A stretch of DNA of 63,741 bases, counting the filler. It is 9 parts of 9 records of this genome, joined end to end, with 100 filler letters (N's around TTAATTAATTAA, not from the genome) between each part and the next. Parts side by side here need not be neighbours in the genome. Positions count along the whole stretch, not along the records: positions 5,306 to 14,609 come from SRR31147125_49089; positions 14,710 to 21,647 come from SRR31147125_49098; positions 21,748 to 28,316 come from SRR31147125_49103; 6 more parts are not named here. The stretch is one strand, 5' to 3'. The notes under the pieces were generated by a model that was not told where the DNA came from, searched no databases, and saw only the letters and a program-made list of their open reading frames with translations. This document shows, in pieces, positions 9,838 through 22,595 of the stretch (its first letter is position 1; the number at the start of each line of letters is the position of its first letter). A program made the translations under genes and the position numbers.

Positions 9838-11089
9838 AATGAATCTTAGGGCAAGGAGGCCGGACTCTGAGGATAAAACCATCTTAATTTCTGCCTATAG
9901 CTGCGATCCCGATGGTGTTTCAGAATCGCTTGCTGCATTTAATTATCTTAAGATCCTGATTAAAAACTACAATATTATACTTTTAACAACCCATGCCAAT
10001 AAACAACAAATACTGAATTTTTACAAAGGCAGATGTATTACAAATCTGGAAGTAATTTCCTTTCCGGATAAATATCCTTTCAGGCAAAGTAAACTAATAC
10101 ATGAATCCTTAAAAATCGGCTATTTTATTTTTAACTGGCGAATATATAGGTATTTAAAAAAGCATAGTAGATTGATTGAGCGAAGTGATATTTTGTACCA
10201 TAAATCCCCATCGGGATTTAGATACTATTCACTTCTTTACAAATTCAATAAACCATATATTTTTGGTCCAACCGGTGGGGGCCTCCATCCACCGAAAGAA
10301 TTAAAAGAGTTCTTCAAGAAAGAACATAGTATTTTCAAACTCAGAAAATTAGACCAATATATTTTAAAACTGCCTGTATATAAAAAACAGTTTAATGCCG
10401 CAAAAAAAATATTGGTTACATTGCCATATGTAAGGCATATTTTAGGGAATGCATATTGTCAAAAATATTCTGAATTGCTTGACACAGGCATTGATACTAA
10501 AATTCATCGCCCCATTCCAGATATGCAGAAGCGCCACCCCCTGTCAATAATCTATGTTGGCAAACTCACCCGGTATAAAGGTGCAGAATTATTGATCAGG
10601 TCAGTCTTGAAAATACGCACAAGCGTTCCTTTTATAGTTGATATTTATGGTGATGGAGAGGATCGAGAATACCTTGAAACCCTGGTTGAATCTTTAAGCT
10701 TAAGCCGGAATGTGACATTACATGGATACGTTAACAGGGCGGTTATCCCTGAAATTTATACGAAAGCTTCTATTTTCTGTTTTCCGACCATTACCGAAGC
10801 CAGCGGAAACGCTCTGCTTGAGGCCATGAGTTATTCTTTGCCAATTATAACTGTGAACAATGGCGGCCCCCAGTACATGTGTCCGAATGAAGGTACATTT
10901 AAGATTGCAATCTCAACTCCGGAGACAATGATAGAAAACATTGCCCGTGCACTGAAAATACTTATTGAAGATAAAAAAAAGAGAATCCAAATGGGAAGAG
11001 TCAACAGACAGCACTGTATCGACAATTTTGATTGGACGGTCATAGAGAATAATCTGTTATCTTTTTTTAAAGAAGCCCTTAAATCATGA
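9812..11089 (+). CDS. Glycosyltransferase family 4
   Basis: [31 protein letters not shown] (EX7E). Confidence 0.9.
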   Translation: MKQNYMEIKMNLRARRPDSEDKTILISAYSCDPDGVSESLAAFNYLKILIKNYNIILLTTHANKQQILNFYKGRCITNLEVISFPDKYPFRQSKLIHESLKIGYFIFNWRIYRYLKKHSRLIERSDILYHKSPSGFRYYSLLYKFNKPYIFGPTGGGLHPPKELKEFFKKEHSIFKLRKLDQYILKLPVYKKQFNAAKKILVTLPYVRHILGNAYCQKYSELLDTGIDTKIHRPIPDMQKRHPLSIIYVGKLTRYKGAELLIRSVLKIRTSVPFIVDIYGDGEDREYLETLVESLSLSRNVTLHGYVNRAVIPEIYTKASIFCFPTITEASGNALLEAMSYSLPIITVNNGGPQYMCPNEGTFKIAISTPETMIENIARALKILIEDKKKRIQMGRVNRQHCIDNFDWTVIENNLLSFFKEALKS

Positions 11090-12092
11090 AGAGAATCGTT
11101 CTAATCGGTCCGTTTGAGGGCCCAAAAGGCGGAATCAACGTTCATTTAAACAGGCTGTACGATTTATACACCAATTCAAATAACCATAAGATGTTGAGAA
11201 TAAATGATGGGAAAACATTTTCCTCAGAAATGCCAAATATAAGAAAGCTTGAAATCCTTCATTTTTTCAAAGCATTAATATCGGCAGATATCGTCCACCT
11301 CCATTCTTCATTATGGTACATGATGATCATTTACATCTTAATAGGCAAATTATGCTTTTCAAAAATAATTGTAACCATTCATTCATGGGGATATAAGCCT
11401 TTCCAAAAGAAAATCCTTAAAGTATTATTTTTAATCTGCTCTAAACTTATTGTTGTAAATTCAGAAATCATGAAAGAAATAGGTTTAGAAAAAAAAGCAT
11501 TATCCAATACGCATTTATTCCTCCAAAAATAGAATTTGAGCCAGATTTACCTATAGAAATAAAGAAATCGATAAAGATTAACCGAATAAAAGGGAATCAT
11601 ATTCTGATCGCAAATGCGTGGCAATTATTCATATACAACAATCAAGATCTGTATGGTCTTGATTTGTGTATTGAGTTGGCTAAAATTTCAAAACGAAAAA
11701 ATTCCAAACTATACATCATATTTGTGGTAAGTTCGCCAAATGAAATATTAAAAAACTATCAACGCATTGTTAGCAAAGAGGGCTTAACTGGCCAAATATG
11801 CATCCATTCTGGCAATCTTTCATTTCCAAAGCTAATAGCACAAAGCGACATAGTTTTACGCCCAACCAACAAGGATGGCGACGCAATAACTATCAGGGAA
11901 GCCCTACACCTTAATACACACGTAGTAGCTTCAGATATAATTGATAGGCCTTTAGGAACAATCGTATTTAAAAACAGAAATGTTGATGATTTATATTGTA
12001 AAATCATGGAAACTTTAGAAAAACAACCTCCACATTTCCAACATCAGGTACAGAATTATAAAACCATTTATGATGGTATCTATTCTTTATAA
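11086..12092 (+). CDS. Glycosyltransferase family 4, frameshifted near 11490
   Basis: GPKGGINVH N-terminus and LRPTNKDGDAITIREAL C-terminus in two ORFs. Confidence 0.8.
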
Positions 12093-12116
12093 TACAAAAT
12101 AAACAATTTAAAAAAT

Positions 12117-14247
12117 ATGAATGTATTAGTTCAAAAACTAAAAAACGGCAAAATGCAAATTATTGAAGCCCCGCTTCCTAAGGTTGCCCCCCATCAACTC
12201 CTTGTTAAAACGCACTATTCTCTGATCAGTGCAGGTACTGAAGGTAGCACCGTAAAGGCTGCTAGAAAAGGATACATAGGCAAGGCAAAAGAGCGACCAC
12301 AACAAGTAAAAAAGGTATTGGACACGCTTGTGATCCAGGGACCTGTTCAAACCTACCGCGCAGTAATGAAAAAGTTGGATTCGTATTCTACTTTGGGGTA
12401 CTCCTGTGCTGGTGAAGTTATACAAGTGGGCTCTAATGTTAAGAATTATCACGTAGGTGATCTTGTTGCCTGTGGAGGATTAACGGCTTGCCATGCTGAA
12501 ATTATCAGTGTCCCAAGTAATCTTTGTGTAAAATTAGAGTCCACTGCTGACCTTAAGCAGAGTGCATATAACACTCTGGGCGCCATTGCTCTACAAGGTG
12601 TCAGACAAGCAGATCTTCGTTTGGGAGAAACATGTGCTGTTATTGGTTTAGGGCTTCTTGGCCAATTGACCGCCCTCCTTTTAAAAGCCTCAGGAGTGCG
12701 GGTGGTTGGTGTTGATATAGATCAAGAAATGGTGGATTTAGGACGCAGATATTGCCTTGATCTGGCATTAAATAGAAATGATGTTGGAGTTGATAATACG
12801 ATTATTGAGTTTGCCGATGGTATGGGGTGCGATGCCGTGATCATAACAGCGGCGTCTCCGTCATTGGATCCTATTAATTTCAGCGGTACTATTGCCCGTA
12901 AAAAAGGAAGGATTATTATTGTCGGGGCAGTTCCGACTGGATTTGACAGAGAACCTCATTTTTATAAAAAAGAACTCCAGATAAAAATGTCCTGTTCTTA
13001 TGGTCCTGGGCGCTATGATCCGAGTTATGAGGATAAAGGGATAGATTATCCATACGCGTATGTTCGCTGGACTGAAAACAGAAATATGCAAGCCTTTCAG
13101 GAACTAATTCACTCAGGACAGATTGATCTCAATTATTTAACAACCCATTGTTTAAAACTCGAAGAAGCGCCAAGCGCATATGATATGATCATGGATCAAT
13201 CCGAACCCTTTATCGGCATTTTAATTGAATATGATATTTCAAAAAAAATAACACAAGAGCCTGTTCAAGTAAGCAAACCGAAAAGAAAGGAAGTAAAAAT
13301 TGGTATTGGTTTTATTGGGGCGGGATCATATGCACAAAGCCATTTAATAACAAACATTCCTAAAAAAAACGATATACATCTCATTGGGGTAATGACCGCG
13401 ACCGCTGCAAGTTCGAGATCCGTAGCCGAGCGGTACGGATTTGAATTCAGTACCTGTGAAAACCGAGATATCATTGAAAACCCGAAAATAAACACGGCTT
13501 TTATAGCTACTCGCCACAACACACATGCTGATTATGTCACTCAGTGCCTGCAGATTGGAAAACATGTATTTGTGGAAAAACCACTCTGCCTGAAACCCCA
13601 AGAGCTAAATCAGATAAAACAAGCGAACTCTCCAGACCTTATTCTGATGGTCGGTTACAACAGGCGATTTTCCCCCTGACACAGATGATTAAGAACAAAA
13701 TTCAAAAAAACGGGCCTATGGCCATGGTTTACAGGATAAATGCCGGGAATATCCCCCAGAATCATGGATTCAGGACAAGGAGATCGGCGGAGGTAGAATC
13801 TTGGGAGAAGTCTGTCATTTTGTAGACTATTTAACCTTTATGACCGAATCCCCTCCTGTCTCGGTTTATGCAATGGCCATGAAACAGCCCAATACAGAGG
13901 ATGTGCTGACCATTTCCTTGTCCTATGAGGATGGTTCAATTGGCAGTATTTCTTATTTCAGCAATGGATCTAAATTTTTGCCTAAAGAACGCTTTGAGAT
14001 ATACTGCCATGGTTGCACAGCAGTACTTGATGATTTCAAACAGGTTTCTATTTATGGGGCTGGTAAACCCATCAACAAAAAATTATTGGTCCAAGATAAG
14101 GGACAAAAAATCTGTGTAAGCCGTTTTATAGAATCAGTTCAAAAAGGGCTGCCATCCCCTATATCCGCTGAAGAAATATTCAATTCGATGGAAGTCTGTT
14201 TTGGAATCATTGAATCCCTGAAAACAGGTCAACCGGTTTTTTTATGA
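12117..14247 (+). CDS. Bi-domain oxidoreductase (Zn-ADH-like plus Gfo/Idh/MocA), two frameshifts
   Basis: SLISAGTE, GLGLLG, SCSYGPGRYD, GFIGAG, VFVEKP, VGYNRRFSP, then GEVCHFVD in ORF 13801..14247. Confidence 0.9.
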
Positions 14248-14609
14248 TCGACTCCGGTTCCATAAAAGAGGCCTTTAACAGGGTAAATAAATATGTAATA
14301 CAAGAGCACTTCAAAGGCTGGGATCTGTTTGACGGTCTGAATTCAACGTTTTTTAAATCCTCTGAATATTATCGATACTCTGCATTAAGACTGGCATGGA
14401 TCCAGTTTTTTAAACGGTCCCCTGTAAACCTACGCGCCATTGCAGGAGTGCCCAAAGGATACAACGCCAAAGGACTTGGACTGTTCGCCTCTGGGCTCGT
14501 ACTCACCCAAAGACCGGATGAGGCAAAGCGACTCCTTCATAAGCTCAACGGTATGGCTTGCCAGGGCTACCAGGGAAAGGCCTGGGGATATAATTTCGAT
14601 TGGCAGGCT
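14244..14609 (+). CDS. Polysaccharide-cluster protein of the family usually found after the bi-domain oxidoreductase; 3'-truncated
   Basis: GWDLFDGLNS, RSPVNLR, NAKGLGLF, WGYNFDWQ. Confidence 0.65.
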
Positions 14610-14709
14610 NNNNNNNNNNNNNNNNNNNNNNNNNNNNNNNNNNNNNNNNNNNNTTAATTAATTAANNNNNNNNNNNNNNNNNNNNNNNNNNNNNNNNNNN
14701 NNNNNNNNN
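14610..14709. other. Artificial contig spacer
   Basis: Same 100-nt linker. Confidence 0.97.
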
Positions 14710-16103
14710 CGGTAAGCCTCAACAGCTATTGATTTATGAATTTCCGTAGAAAAATCAATACCATCGTCGCTTCCATACTGAATTCCAAGACCGGCAAGCA
14801 TATCTCCTTCAGCAGTAATACCAACACCTGTTCTACGACCTTCCTCGGCCTTCATCTTAATGTTTTCCCAAAGTTTCTTTTCAACTCTTTTAATTTCCGC
14901 ATCTTCCGGATCAGAGTTAACTTTCTCTAGTATTGCATCGATCTTTTCAAGTTCCAGATCGATAATATCGTCCATAATTCTTTGTGCACTGTGAACATGC
15001 TTTTTGAATAAATCCCAATTAAACTTTGCTTCTTCTGTGAATGGATCTTCAACATAGCTATATAAATTAATTGCTAACAATCTACAGCTATCATACGGAC
15101 ATAGTGGAATCTCACCACATGGATTAGTCGATACCGTTTTAAAACCAAACTCAGAATAACAATCAGCAACCGATTCTCTTGCAACCGTATCCCAGAATAA
15201 AATTCCCGGCTCTGCTGATTTCCAAGCATTATGCACAATCTTCTTCCAAAGGTTTTGCGCATCTGTTTCCTTTTTATATATAGGATCTTTGCTTTCTATT
15301 GGGTATTGCTGTACATAAGGTGTTTTCGTTGTAACAGCTTTCATGAAATCATCATCGATACGAACAGAAACATTAGCTCCCGTTACTTTACCTGCTTGTA
15401 ATTTAGCATCAATAAATTGCTCAGAATCCGGATGTTTAATTGAAATACTTAACATTAAAGCACCTCTACGACCATCTTGAGCCACCTCGCGTGTTGAGTT
15501 TGAATACCTTTCCATAAATGGAACAACACCGGTAGATGTTAATGCACTATTTAATACAGGACTTCCTTTGGGACGAATATGTGAAAGATCATGACCTACC
15601 CCTCCCCTTCTTTTCATAAGTTGGACTTGTTCCTGGTCAATTTTCATAATAGCACCATACGAATCAGCAGAACCTTGATTACCAATAACAAAACAATTAG
15701 ACAGTGAAGCAATTTGGAAATTATTACCAATACCAGTCATAGGACTTCCCTGTGGAACAATATATTTAAAGTCTTTAAGAAGACCGTAAACCTCATCTTC
15801 TGACATTGGATTAGCATATTTCTTTTCAACGCGTGCAATTTCCTTTGCAATTCGTCTATGCATATCATCAGGGGTACGCTCATATAAATTACCAAATGAG
15901 TCTTTTAATGCATATTTGTTTACCCAAACAGTTGCAGCAAGCTCATCTCCCTTAAAATAATCTTTTGATGCGCTAACTGCCTCATCGAACGAATAAGTTT
16001 TTTGGTTTTTTGTATCGCTATTATTAGCAGAATTTTCACTCGATTTGTCGTCCATTACATTGTTATTCTTGTTCTTGTTGGCTACTAATTCGTCTGTTTG
16101 CAT
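14710..16103 (-). CDS. nrdJ: Class II (adenosylcobalamin-dependent) ribonucleotide reductase, 3'-truncated
   Basis: SLSNCFVI, RRGGVG, STNPCGEIPLC, GRRTGVGITAEGD. Confidence 0.92.
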
Positions 16104-16521
16104 ATTTATATTTTTAAGTTCCTGTTACTTTGCGAGATACCAAAAATTTAGGGGCTAAATCCGCAGGTGCAAGTTACGAAGACTCTCTATTTTCATCCTT
16201 CAAAATCACCTCGTATTTATTAACATTTATTTTTAGTTTTCAACTTTTAAAATTACCACCCTCATTTCCAATACACTAAAATGAACAGTCAATTTTTACC
16301 TGTTTTTTAGTGTAACATTTGACGATTATTAAAGTTAAAGAATTAGCATTACCTAAGGTGATTTTTTTATTAACACCAAAGTGTTAAAAAACGGCCAATT
16401 CTACATAAATTCCACGTAGAATTCAACCTAACTGTTAGGAGATAAATAAGAGTTTAAAAAAACTGGGAGTCAAAAATTTACCTAATTAAATATTCGGAAA
16501 AATTTTAAACAAAAAACAAAA

Positions 16522-16552
16522 ATGCCAAGCAATTTTCTAAATAACTTGGCAT
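16522..16552 (-). terminator. Probable intrinsic terminator after phoD
   Basis: ATGCCAAG...CTTGGCAT stem preceded by A-runs (U-tract on the minus strand). Confidence 0.55.
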
Positions 16553-16603
16553 GTTCACATAAACAATTGTGAATCAATAATAAAATTAAGGCTACTTGGC
16601 AAT

Positions 16604-17944
16604 CTACTTGCCTGGAATTTTTTTCTGCCATAATTGATTCCCATTTGAATCTAAGACGGTAATTATAAGGATTCGTTTTTTATCTTCTGTTTTTACATCA
16701 AAAACACCAAAATTTCTTTCCATTACCAAAGTTCCATCAACTCGTAAAGTATTAATCTCCTTATCTGCATGTATGTGGGCCCCGGATGTAAGTGGAGAGA
16801 TCGTGACATCATAAATATCAGGCTTACCTTGCGCTGACAAATAACTTAATTCGCTGTGATGCCTATCTCCTGAAATAACAATAACCCCTTCAATTTCTTC
16901 CTTGTGGATAAAGTTTATTATTTCTTCTCTCTCTTTTTCAAAACCATACGACGAATACATCTCGTACTTGGCAGCATCATTTAATAGTTGCCCTCCCATT
17001 ACCACAAACTTAAACGTTGAATTGCTGCCTGCAAGAGCATCTTTTAACCACTCCAATTGTTCTTTTCCCAAAATCGTTCGTTCACCTGACTTTCTTTCAT
17101 TGGGACTTCGGTTATATCTATTATCTAATAAAAAGAAATCTAAATCCGCCCAATTAAAATATGTTGTGATTCCCCCAATCCCTTCGATACCAGTTGATGG
17201 ATTTGCCCAGAATAAGTCAAATGCTTTTTTTGTTTGTGTTTTATTCCAAAATGAGCAATCACTGTTATTAGGTCCAAAATCATGATCATCCCAAATGGCA
17301 TAGTGATGCACAGAAGCAAGCAATGGCTGTATTTCAGGAATTGACCGATCGTGCGTATACCGCCCAACTATTCCTGTCCATGAATTCCAGTCTGGCTCTC
17401 TTAGATAAACATTATCTCCAAGCCATAACATAAATTCAGGTGACTGCTTCAGAACATTTTCAAATATTTGATAATCTCCTCCATAAGCATCGCCTGGCCT
17501 GTCGTACTTTTCTTCATTTATATATGCACAGCTACCTGCTGCAAAACGAACATCCGGTGGTAGGTTTCGAAATTTCCAAAGGTCTTGTGTTTGAAATTCT
17601 GTCTTATAAGGCAGCTCTACCATTTCATTATTAATATAAAGTTGATAGGAGTATTGATTTCCTGGTTCAACAGAATCAGCAACTAATTCAGCAGTAAAAG
17701 CGGATTCTTTTGTCGTTTCAATTTCATTTGTCCAATGTGAGTCTGATTGATTTTCTTTGTTCGAATATTTTATTTTAACCAAGGCTGATTTACTGGTTTG
17801 CACCCAAAGTGCTACCTCTCGCATATCTGAATATCCAAGCATTGGACCGGATTGAAGTAATTCATTTTGCGAAAATGAGTTTATTGAAATCATTAAAGAA
17901 CAAACAATAAAAATGCTTAACTGCTTCATTTTATATAAATTCAA
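16604..17944 (-). CDS. phoD: Alkaline phosphatase D family protein
   Basis: Signal peptide, AAGSC, LWLGDNVY, IWDDHD, LLDNRY, ISGDRHHS. Confidence 0.9.
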   Translation of the reverse strand: MNLYKMKQLSIFIVCSLMISINSFSQNELLQSGPMLGYSDMREVALWVQTSKSALVKIKYSNKENQSDSHWTNEIETTKESAFTAELVADSVEPGNQYSYQLYINNEMVELPYKTEFQTQDLWKFRNLPPDVRFAAGSCAYINEEKYDRPGDAYGGDYQIFENVLKQSPEFMLWLGDNVYLREPDWNSWTGIVGRYTHDRSIPEIQPLLASVHHYAIWDDHDFGPNNSDCSFWNKTQTKKAFDLFWANPSTGIEGIGGITTYFNWADLDFFLLDNRYNRSPNERKSGERTILGKEQLEWLKDALAGSNSTFKFVVMGGQLLNDAAKYEMYSSYGFEKEREEIINFIHKEEIEGVIVISGDRHHSELSYLSAQGKPDIYDVTISPLTSGAHIHADKEINTLRVDGTLVMERNFGVFDVKTEDKKRILIITVLDSNGNQLWQKKIPGK

Positions 17945-17961
17945 TTAATTAAATCAAAATA

Positions 17962-17986
17962 ACCTCGCAAGTCAAATTTGCGAGGT
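17962..17986 (-). terminator. Stem-loop between the TonB receptor and phoD
   Basis: ACCTCGCAA-gtcaaat-TTGCGAGGT. Confidence 0.55.
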
Positions 17987-18012
17987 ATTTTATTTAGGAA
18001 CTTAAATATCAA

Positions 18013-21000
18013 TTAGAAAATGTACCTCACGCCCAATTGTGCTTGCCATCTAGAGCTTTTTATTCCTGAATCGTCAATATAATAGTACTCATCATCAGGT
18101 CTGTTGAATGTATATTGTGGTGTTGTTCCATCATCTTCCCAACCTTCAAAATCAATTAAGGTATAATTACCATAGCTTACATAGTGCTTTCTTCCCCAAT
18201 CTGGATTTAAAAAGTTAGCTACGTTAAATAAGTCGAATGTAACCTGCACTGTTTGGCGGCGAGAACCTGTATTAACAAATACATCTTGTGCAATTCTTAA
18301 ATCGAAATTATGCCAGAATGGAAGACGCTCTCCATTTCTTTCTGCATATTTTCCTTTTCTTTCTTTTAGGTAATCATTATTTTCAATGAAATCGGCAAGA
18401 TCTGCCCATTGCTGCGCAGCACTTAGTGTTACATTACCATCACTATCTGTAATATCAACAAGATTAATTTCACTAGCTGAAGCTGGCACATAAATAAGGT
18501 CGTTATTAGCTGCCCAAATATCATCGCCAATAATTCCTTTGTTATATACAAAAGAAACCCTATCTCCAGATTGTCCATTATAGAATAAACTAAACGTAGT
18601 TTTTAGCGCTCTTAAATATTCAGCCTGGTAAGTTACGTAACCTGTAATGCGCGAGCCAAGATCAAATTTTGAATATGATAGCTCAATATCGTTTTTACCT
18701 TTAGCAGTCTGCAAGTATATCCATTGCGAACTGTTTTGCGAAGAAGTTGCATCGTTAATAGACATTGAACGACCAAACGTGTAAGAAATTCCTGCTGCAA
18801 TATTTTTTATCATTGGCTTTTGTAGTTGTGCCGTAATATTGTAAGCATAACCTTCATTTGTGTTTGTTCCAACCATAATATGATCGTAGAAACCTTCAAT
18901 TTTGCTACCATAACCATTGTATAATGGTCTGGTATCATTTCCGGAGTTGGTCATATTCTTAGTTGAAGGAGCTACATTGATATTGTAATAATGTACATTA
19001 TTTAGAGTTTTTGAGAAAATACCTTCAACAGTTGCAACCAAACCTACTGGAAGTTTATGGTCAATAGCCAAGTTTGCCTTAAACATTTGTGGGTATTTAA
19101 AATCGCTTGCGAAAAGATCAACTTGTCCGCCTACTGGTGAATCAGATTCTTGATTTAATGGTGGTTGTTGATTGATATCTGCATTTAGTCTCTCACTGTA
19201 CGATGTATAACTACCCGTTGTTAAACCATTGTTTGTATACGCTCCTCCAGGCCACACTAACGGAAGACGGCTTGTAAATATTCCCAATCCTCCACGGATT
19301 TGAGTAGTTTGGTCTCCATTAACATCAAAATTAAATCCAATTCTTGGAGAAATAAGGATTTGAGGATCAGGCATTGCTCCAGACTCAGCACCATAAGTAT
19401 CAATTCCTCTTGCTTCAATTTTTGCAAGTGTTGTATCGAATCCTGGAATTGCCATGGGATCATCTGAAAATATTGGCATATCAAAACGAATACCTGCAGT
19501 AACTTTTAACCTATCAGAAACTTGAATCTCATCTTGAGCATAAATTCCCAATTGCACCATCCCAAATTCAGCAGCAGCGGCAGAACCATCGCCACGAACA
19601 TTATCAACCATTGAAAAACCTCTTCTGTATCTGTTAGCAATGCTATCACCTAAAAAATCTTGCACTGAAGAATATCTATATTCTCCGTATGCTCGACGAA
19701 CAAACAAGTTATATGTTTGAGAAAATTCATTATTCGTACCAACTGTAATGGTGTGCTTACCTTTATATATAGTAAAATTATCAGTAACTGTAATTACATC
19801 CTGGTCTAATTGGTTACCAGTCGAATAAGGCTCAGAGCCGGCATAGATAGTTGCGCTTCCATCCCAAATTTCCAAAGCAGGAAAGTCAGAACCCATTGGA
19901 TCCCTGTCGTCGCGTACTGAAGTATAAGTAACCATTAAAGAGTTAGAAGCTTTGTCTAAATTACTTTTCAGCTCAAGTGCCGTGGAATTAGTAGTACTTG
20001 GAAAATAAACGCCACGGTTGAAGAAATTAATAGCTCCATCAGTTGAACGGCTTGGTGTCTCTGAAACATTTTTAACATACGAGTGACGAAACATTAATTT
20101 ATGTTGTTGACTAAGGTTAAAATCAAGTCGAGCCAAATATTTATCACTCTCAAGTTTTTTTGTGTTTTTCTCAAATCCTCCCGGATCGTAACCATAAACA
20201 TTAATTAATCTATCGCGGATTTGATTAATTTCTTCCAGCGAAGAATTCCCTCTATAACTATCAGAAAAACTATAAGGTTGTGGAGTTTCTTCTCTTTGCT
20301 GCTCAAGGCTAATAAAATAATGAATTTTGTTTTTAACAATTGGCCCACCAATTCTTACCCCATAAGTTTTGGCAGAAAATTCTGCTAATTTTTCGCGATC
20401 TCCATTATCCATATCCCCCGGAGTTTTACCCGCAAAATTTTCATTTCGTGTGTAATAATATACAGAAGCTTTAACATCATTTGTTCCTCTTCTTGTTACT
20501 GCGTTAATTCCGCCTCCAACAAAACCTGATTGTCTAACATCAAAAGGTGCGAGAACAACCTGGAATTGGTCAATTGCATCCATACTAATTGGAGTTCCTC
20601 CTGTTTGCCCCCCATTTGTACCTGTTGGTGAAAGACCAAAAACATCGTTATTAACAGCACCATCAATTGAGATTGAGTTATAACGGTTATTTGCTCCCGC
20701 AATTGAGATAGCACCATTATCATCAACTGACGCTTGAGGTGTTAACCTAACGTAATCTGTTAACTGCCGAGATACTGTTGGCAATGATTCAATCTGCTCA
20801 ACACCAATAACGGTTTCTGCTCCTGTCCTGTTTCCATCAATAATTCTATAGTCGTTTGTACGACCAACTACTTGCGCACCTTCAAGTGCAATTGTAGCTT
20901 CTCCTAATTTTGCATCTAATTTATACGTTTGACCTAAAGAAAGAAAAATGCCTTTTTGTTCATAAGCATCGTATCCTACGTAAGATACTTTCACTAAATA

Positions 21001-21225
21001 TGGTCCACCAACATCCATATTTGGAAGTCTAAAGAAACCATCAAAATCAGTAATAGCACCATATTGAGAACCTGATGCTTCATGTATGGCTAAGATTGTA
21101 GCTCCCGGTAGGGACTCACCTTTGTCATCAAGCACCCTACCATTAATGCCCGATGTAGTTGAACCCTGTCCCATTGCTGAAATAGCAATAAAACTAAAAA
21201 GAATTGCTTTTAAGATTCGTTTCAT
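18013..21225 (-). CDS. Oar-like TonB-dependent receptor with N-terminal carboxypeptidase-regulatory-like domain
   Basis: LPGATI..HEASG, NSISIDGAVNNDVFGL, APFDVRQSGF, C-terminal SRWQAQLGVRYIF; Bacteroidota-type TAnnTTTG promoter element at 21278-21285 (-). Confidence 0.9.
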   Translation of the reverse strand: MKRILKAILFSFIAISAMGQGSTTSGINGRVLDDKGESLPGATILAIHEASGSQYGAITDFDGFFRLPNMDVGGPYLVKVSYVGYDAYEQKGIFLSLGQTYKLDAKLGEATIALEGAQVVGRTNDYRIIDGNRTGAETVIGVEQIESLPTVSRQLTDYVRLTPQASVDDNGAISIAGANNRYNSISIDGAVNNDVFGLSPTGTNGGQTGGTPISMDAIDQFQVVLAPFDVRQSGFVGGGINAVTRRGTNDVKASVYYYTRNENFAGKTPGDMDNGDREKLAEFSAKTYGVRIGGPIVKNKIHYFISLEQQREETPQPYSFSDSYRGNSSLEEINQIRDRLINVYGYDPGGFEKNTKKLESDKYLARLDFNLSQQHKLMFRHSYVKNVSETPSRSTDGAINFFNRGVYFPSTTNSTALELKSNLDKASNSLMVTYTSVRDDRDPMGSDFPALEIWDGSATIYAGSEPYSTGNQLDQDVITVTDNFTIYKGKHTITVGTNNEFSQTYNLFVRRAYGEYRYSSVQDFLGDSIANRYRRGFSMVDNVRGDGSAAAAEFGMVQLGIYAQDEIQVSDRLKVTAGIRFDMPIFSDDPMAIPGFDTTLAKIEARGIDTYGAESGAMPDPQILISPRIGFNFDVNGDQTTQIRGGLGIFTSRLPLVWPGGAYTNNGLTTGSYTSYSERLNADINQQPPLNQESDSPVGGQVDLFASDFKYPQMFKANLAIDHKLPVGLVATVEGIFSKTLNNVHYYNINVAPSTKNMTNSGNDTRPLYNGYGSKIEGFYDHIMVGTNTNEGYAYNITAQLQKPMIKNIAAGISYTFGRSMSINDATSSQNSSQWIYLQTAKGKNDIELSYSKFDLGSRITGYVTYQAEYLRALKTTFSLFYNGQSGDRVSFVYNKGIIGDDIWAANNDLIYVPASASEINLVDITDSDGNVTLSAAQQWADLADFIENNDYLKERKGKYAERNGERLPFWHNFDLRIAQDVFVNTGSRRQTVQVTFDLFNVANFLNPDWGRKHYVSYGNYTLIDFEGWEDDGTTPQYTFNRPDDEYYYIDDSGIKSSRWQAQLGVRYIF

Positions 21226-21647
21226 ACTAAAAAGATTTAGATTTAGATTATCGATTATTTAATATTGTTTGACAGGGCAAAAGTAGAACTGCAATTCAAC
21301 GCTAACGTAATGATTCTTTTAAGTAATCATTAAGAATCACACCAATAAAAAATTAATTAAATATCTGTTATTCAAAACTTTAATTTGAATGGTAATTTTA
21401 AATTAAAAACTAAAATATTCCTTAAACGAATCTTAAGTTTTCCTTAAAATTGAAAATATGATACTGATAACATTTAGATAACTTTTACATTTCAGGAAAT
21501 ATAGATTGATTGCTGGGGAAGTATTAAAAATAAAAAAACCCCGTTAGGAACGGGGTAAAGTTTTGATTTAGGTCTGCAAGATTTAATCTTACTGCGTGTA
21601 TTGAGTGTAAAGAAACAATTTATTTATTTTATTACAAACAAATAGGC

Positions 21648-21747
21648 NNNNNNNNNNNNNNNNNNNNNNNNNNNNNNNNNNNNNNNNNNNNTTAATTAAT
21701 TAANNNNNNNNNNNNNNNNNNNNNNNNNNNNNNNNNNNNNNNNNNNN
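21648..21747. other. Artificial contig spacer
   Basis: Same 100-nt linker. Confidence 0.97.
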
Positions 21748-22575
21748 CCGGGAGTTTTGGATATGAAAGGTGGCTTGACAATAGCGACATACGTAATAAA
21801 GGCATTGAATGAAAATAATGTAGACAAATATAATATTAGGTTCTGTCTAACAGGAGATGAAGAGATAGCTCATATGAAATCTGACGCGGATATCAAGATG
21901 ATAGAGGCAATGAAGGGAGCAAAAGCAGCATTTACATTTGAGACTGGGTTTATTGATAATGGTCTTGTTGTAGGAAGAAAAGGCGGAGCAATTTTCAAAA
22001 TGAAAATTAAGGGAATAGCAGCTCATACTGGAAATGATCCAGATAAAGGCAGAAGTGCTATTTGGGAAGCAGCCGAAAAAATATGCAAAATACAGAAATT
22101 AACTGATGTAGACAATGGACTTTTATTTAATGTAGGTAAAATAAACGGAGGAATGGGAGCAAACTCATTTGCTGAAGATTGTGAGCTTACGATTGGAGTT
22201 AGATATAGAAAAAATTCTCAATTTGAGTATATTGAGTCAGAACTTGAAAGAATATCTAATGAGTCTATTATGGATGGAACTAGTTCAGAACTTAGTTTCT
22301 TAGGGAGAATGCGTCCAATGGAGAGAATGGCTGAAAATGATGAACTATTTGAAATAGTTAAAAAATCAGCACTCGAGCTGGGGATAGATGAACCTCATGC
22401 GAAGATGGTAGGTGGAGCATCTGACTCATCATGCTCAGTGTCAGCAGGAGTACCTACAGTGTGTGCCATAGGTATAAAAGGTCAGTGGAACCATTCAAAA
22501 GATGAATACGCCGTTTTAGACAGTTTAACAGAAAGGGCAAAGTTAGTAATTCAAACTATTTATAACTTAGATTAA
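21748..22575 (+). CDS. M20 family metallopeptidase (carboxypeptidase G2-like), 5'-truncated
   Basis: PGVLDMKGG, GDEE, AAHTG, GGASD, HSKDEY. Confidence 0.88.
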   Translation, partial: PGVLDMKGGLTIATYVIKALNENNVDKYNIRFCLTGDEEIAHMKSDADIKMIEAMKGAKAAFTFETGFIDNGLVVGRKGGAIFKMKIKGIAAHTGNDPDKGRSAIWEAAEKICKIQKLTDVDNGLLFNVGKINGGMGANSFAEDCELTIGVRYRKNSQFEYIESELERISNESIMDGTSSELSFLGRMRPMERMAENDELFEIVKKSALELGIDEPHAKMVGGASDSSCSVSAGVPTVCAIGIKGQWNHSKDEYAVLDSLTERAKLVIQTIYNLD

Positions 22576-22595
22576 AAACTATAGGAGGTAACAAG

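Noticed and set aside
5342-14247. Frameshifts in polysaccharide genes as phase variation
   Set aside because: The same homopolymer indels hit guaA, rnz, mdcH and an ABC ATPase on other contigs, so sequencing error is the simpler explanation.
16104-16520. Cobalamin riboswitch upstream of nrdJ
   Set aside because: The region is AT-rich with no recognisable B12-box or core helices by eye; an Rfam/Infernal scan would settle it.
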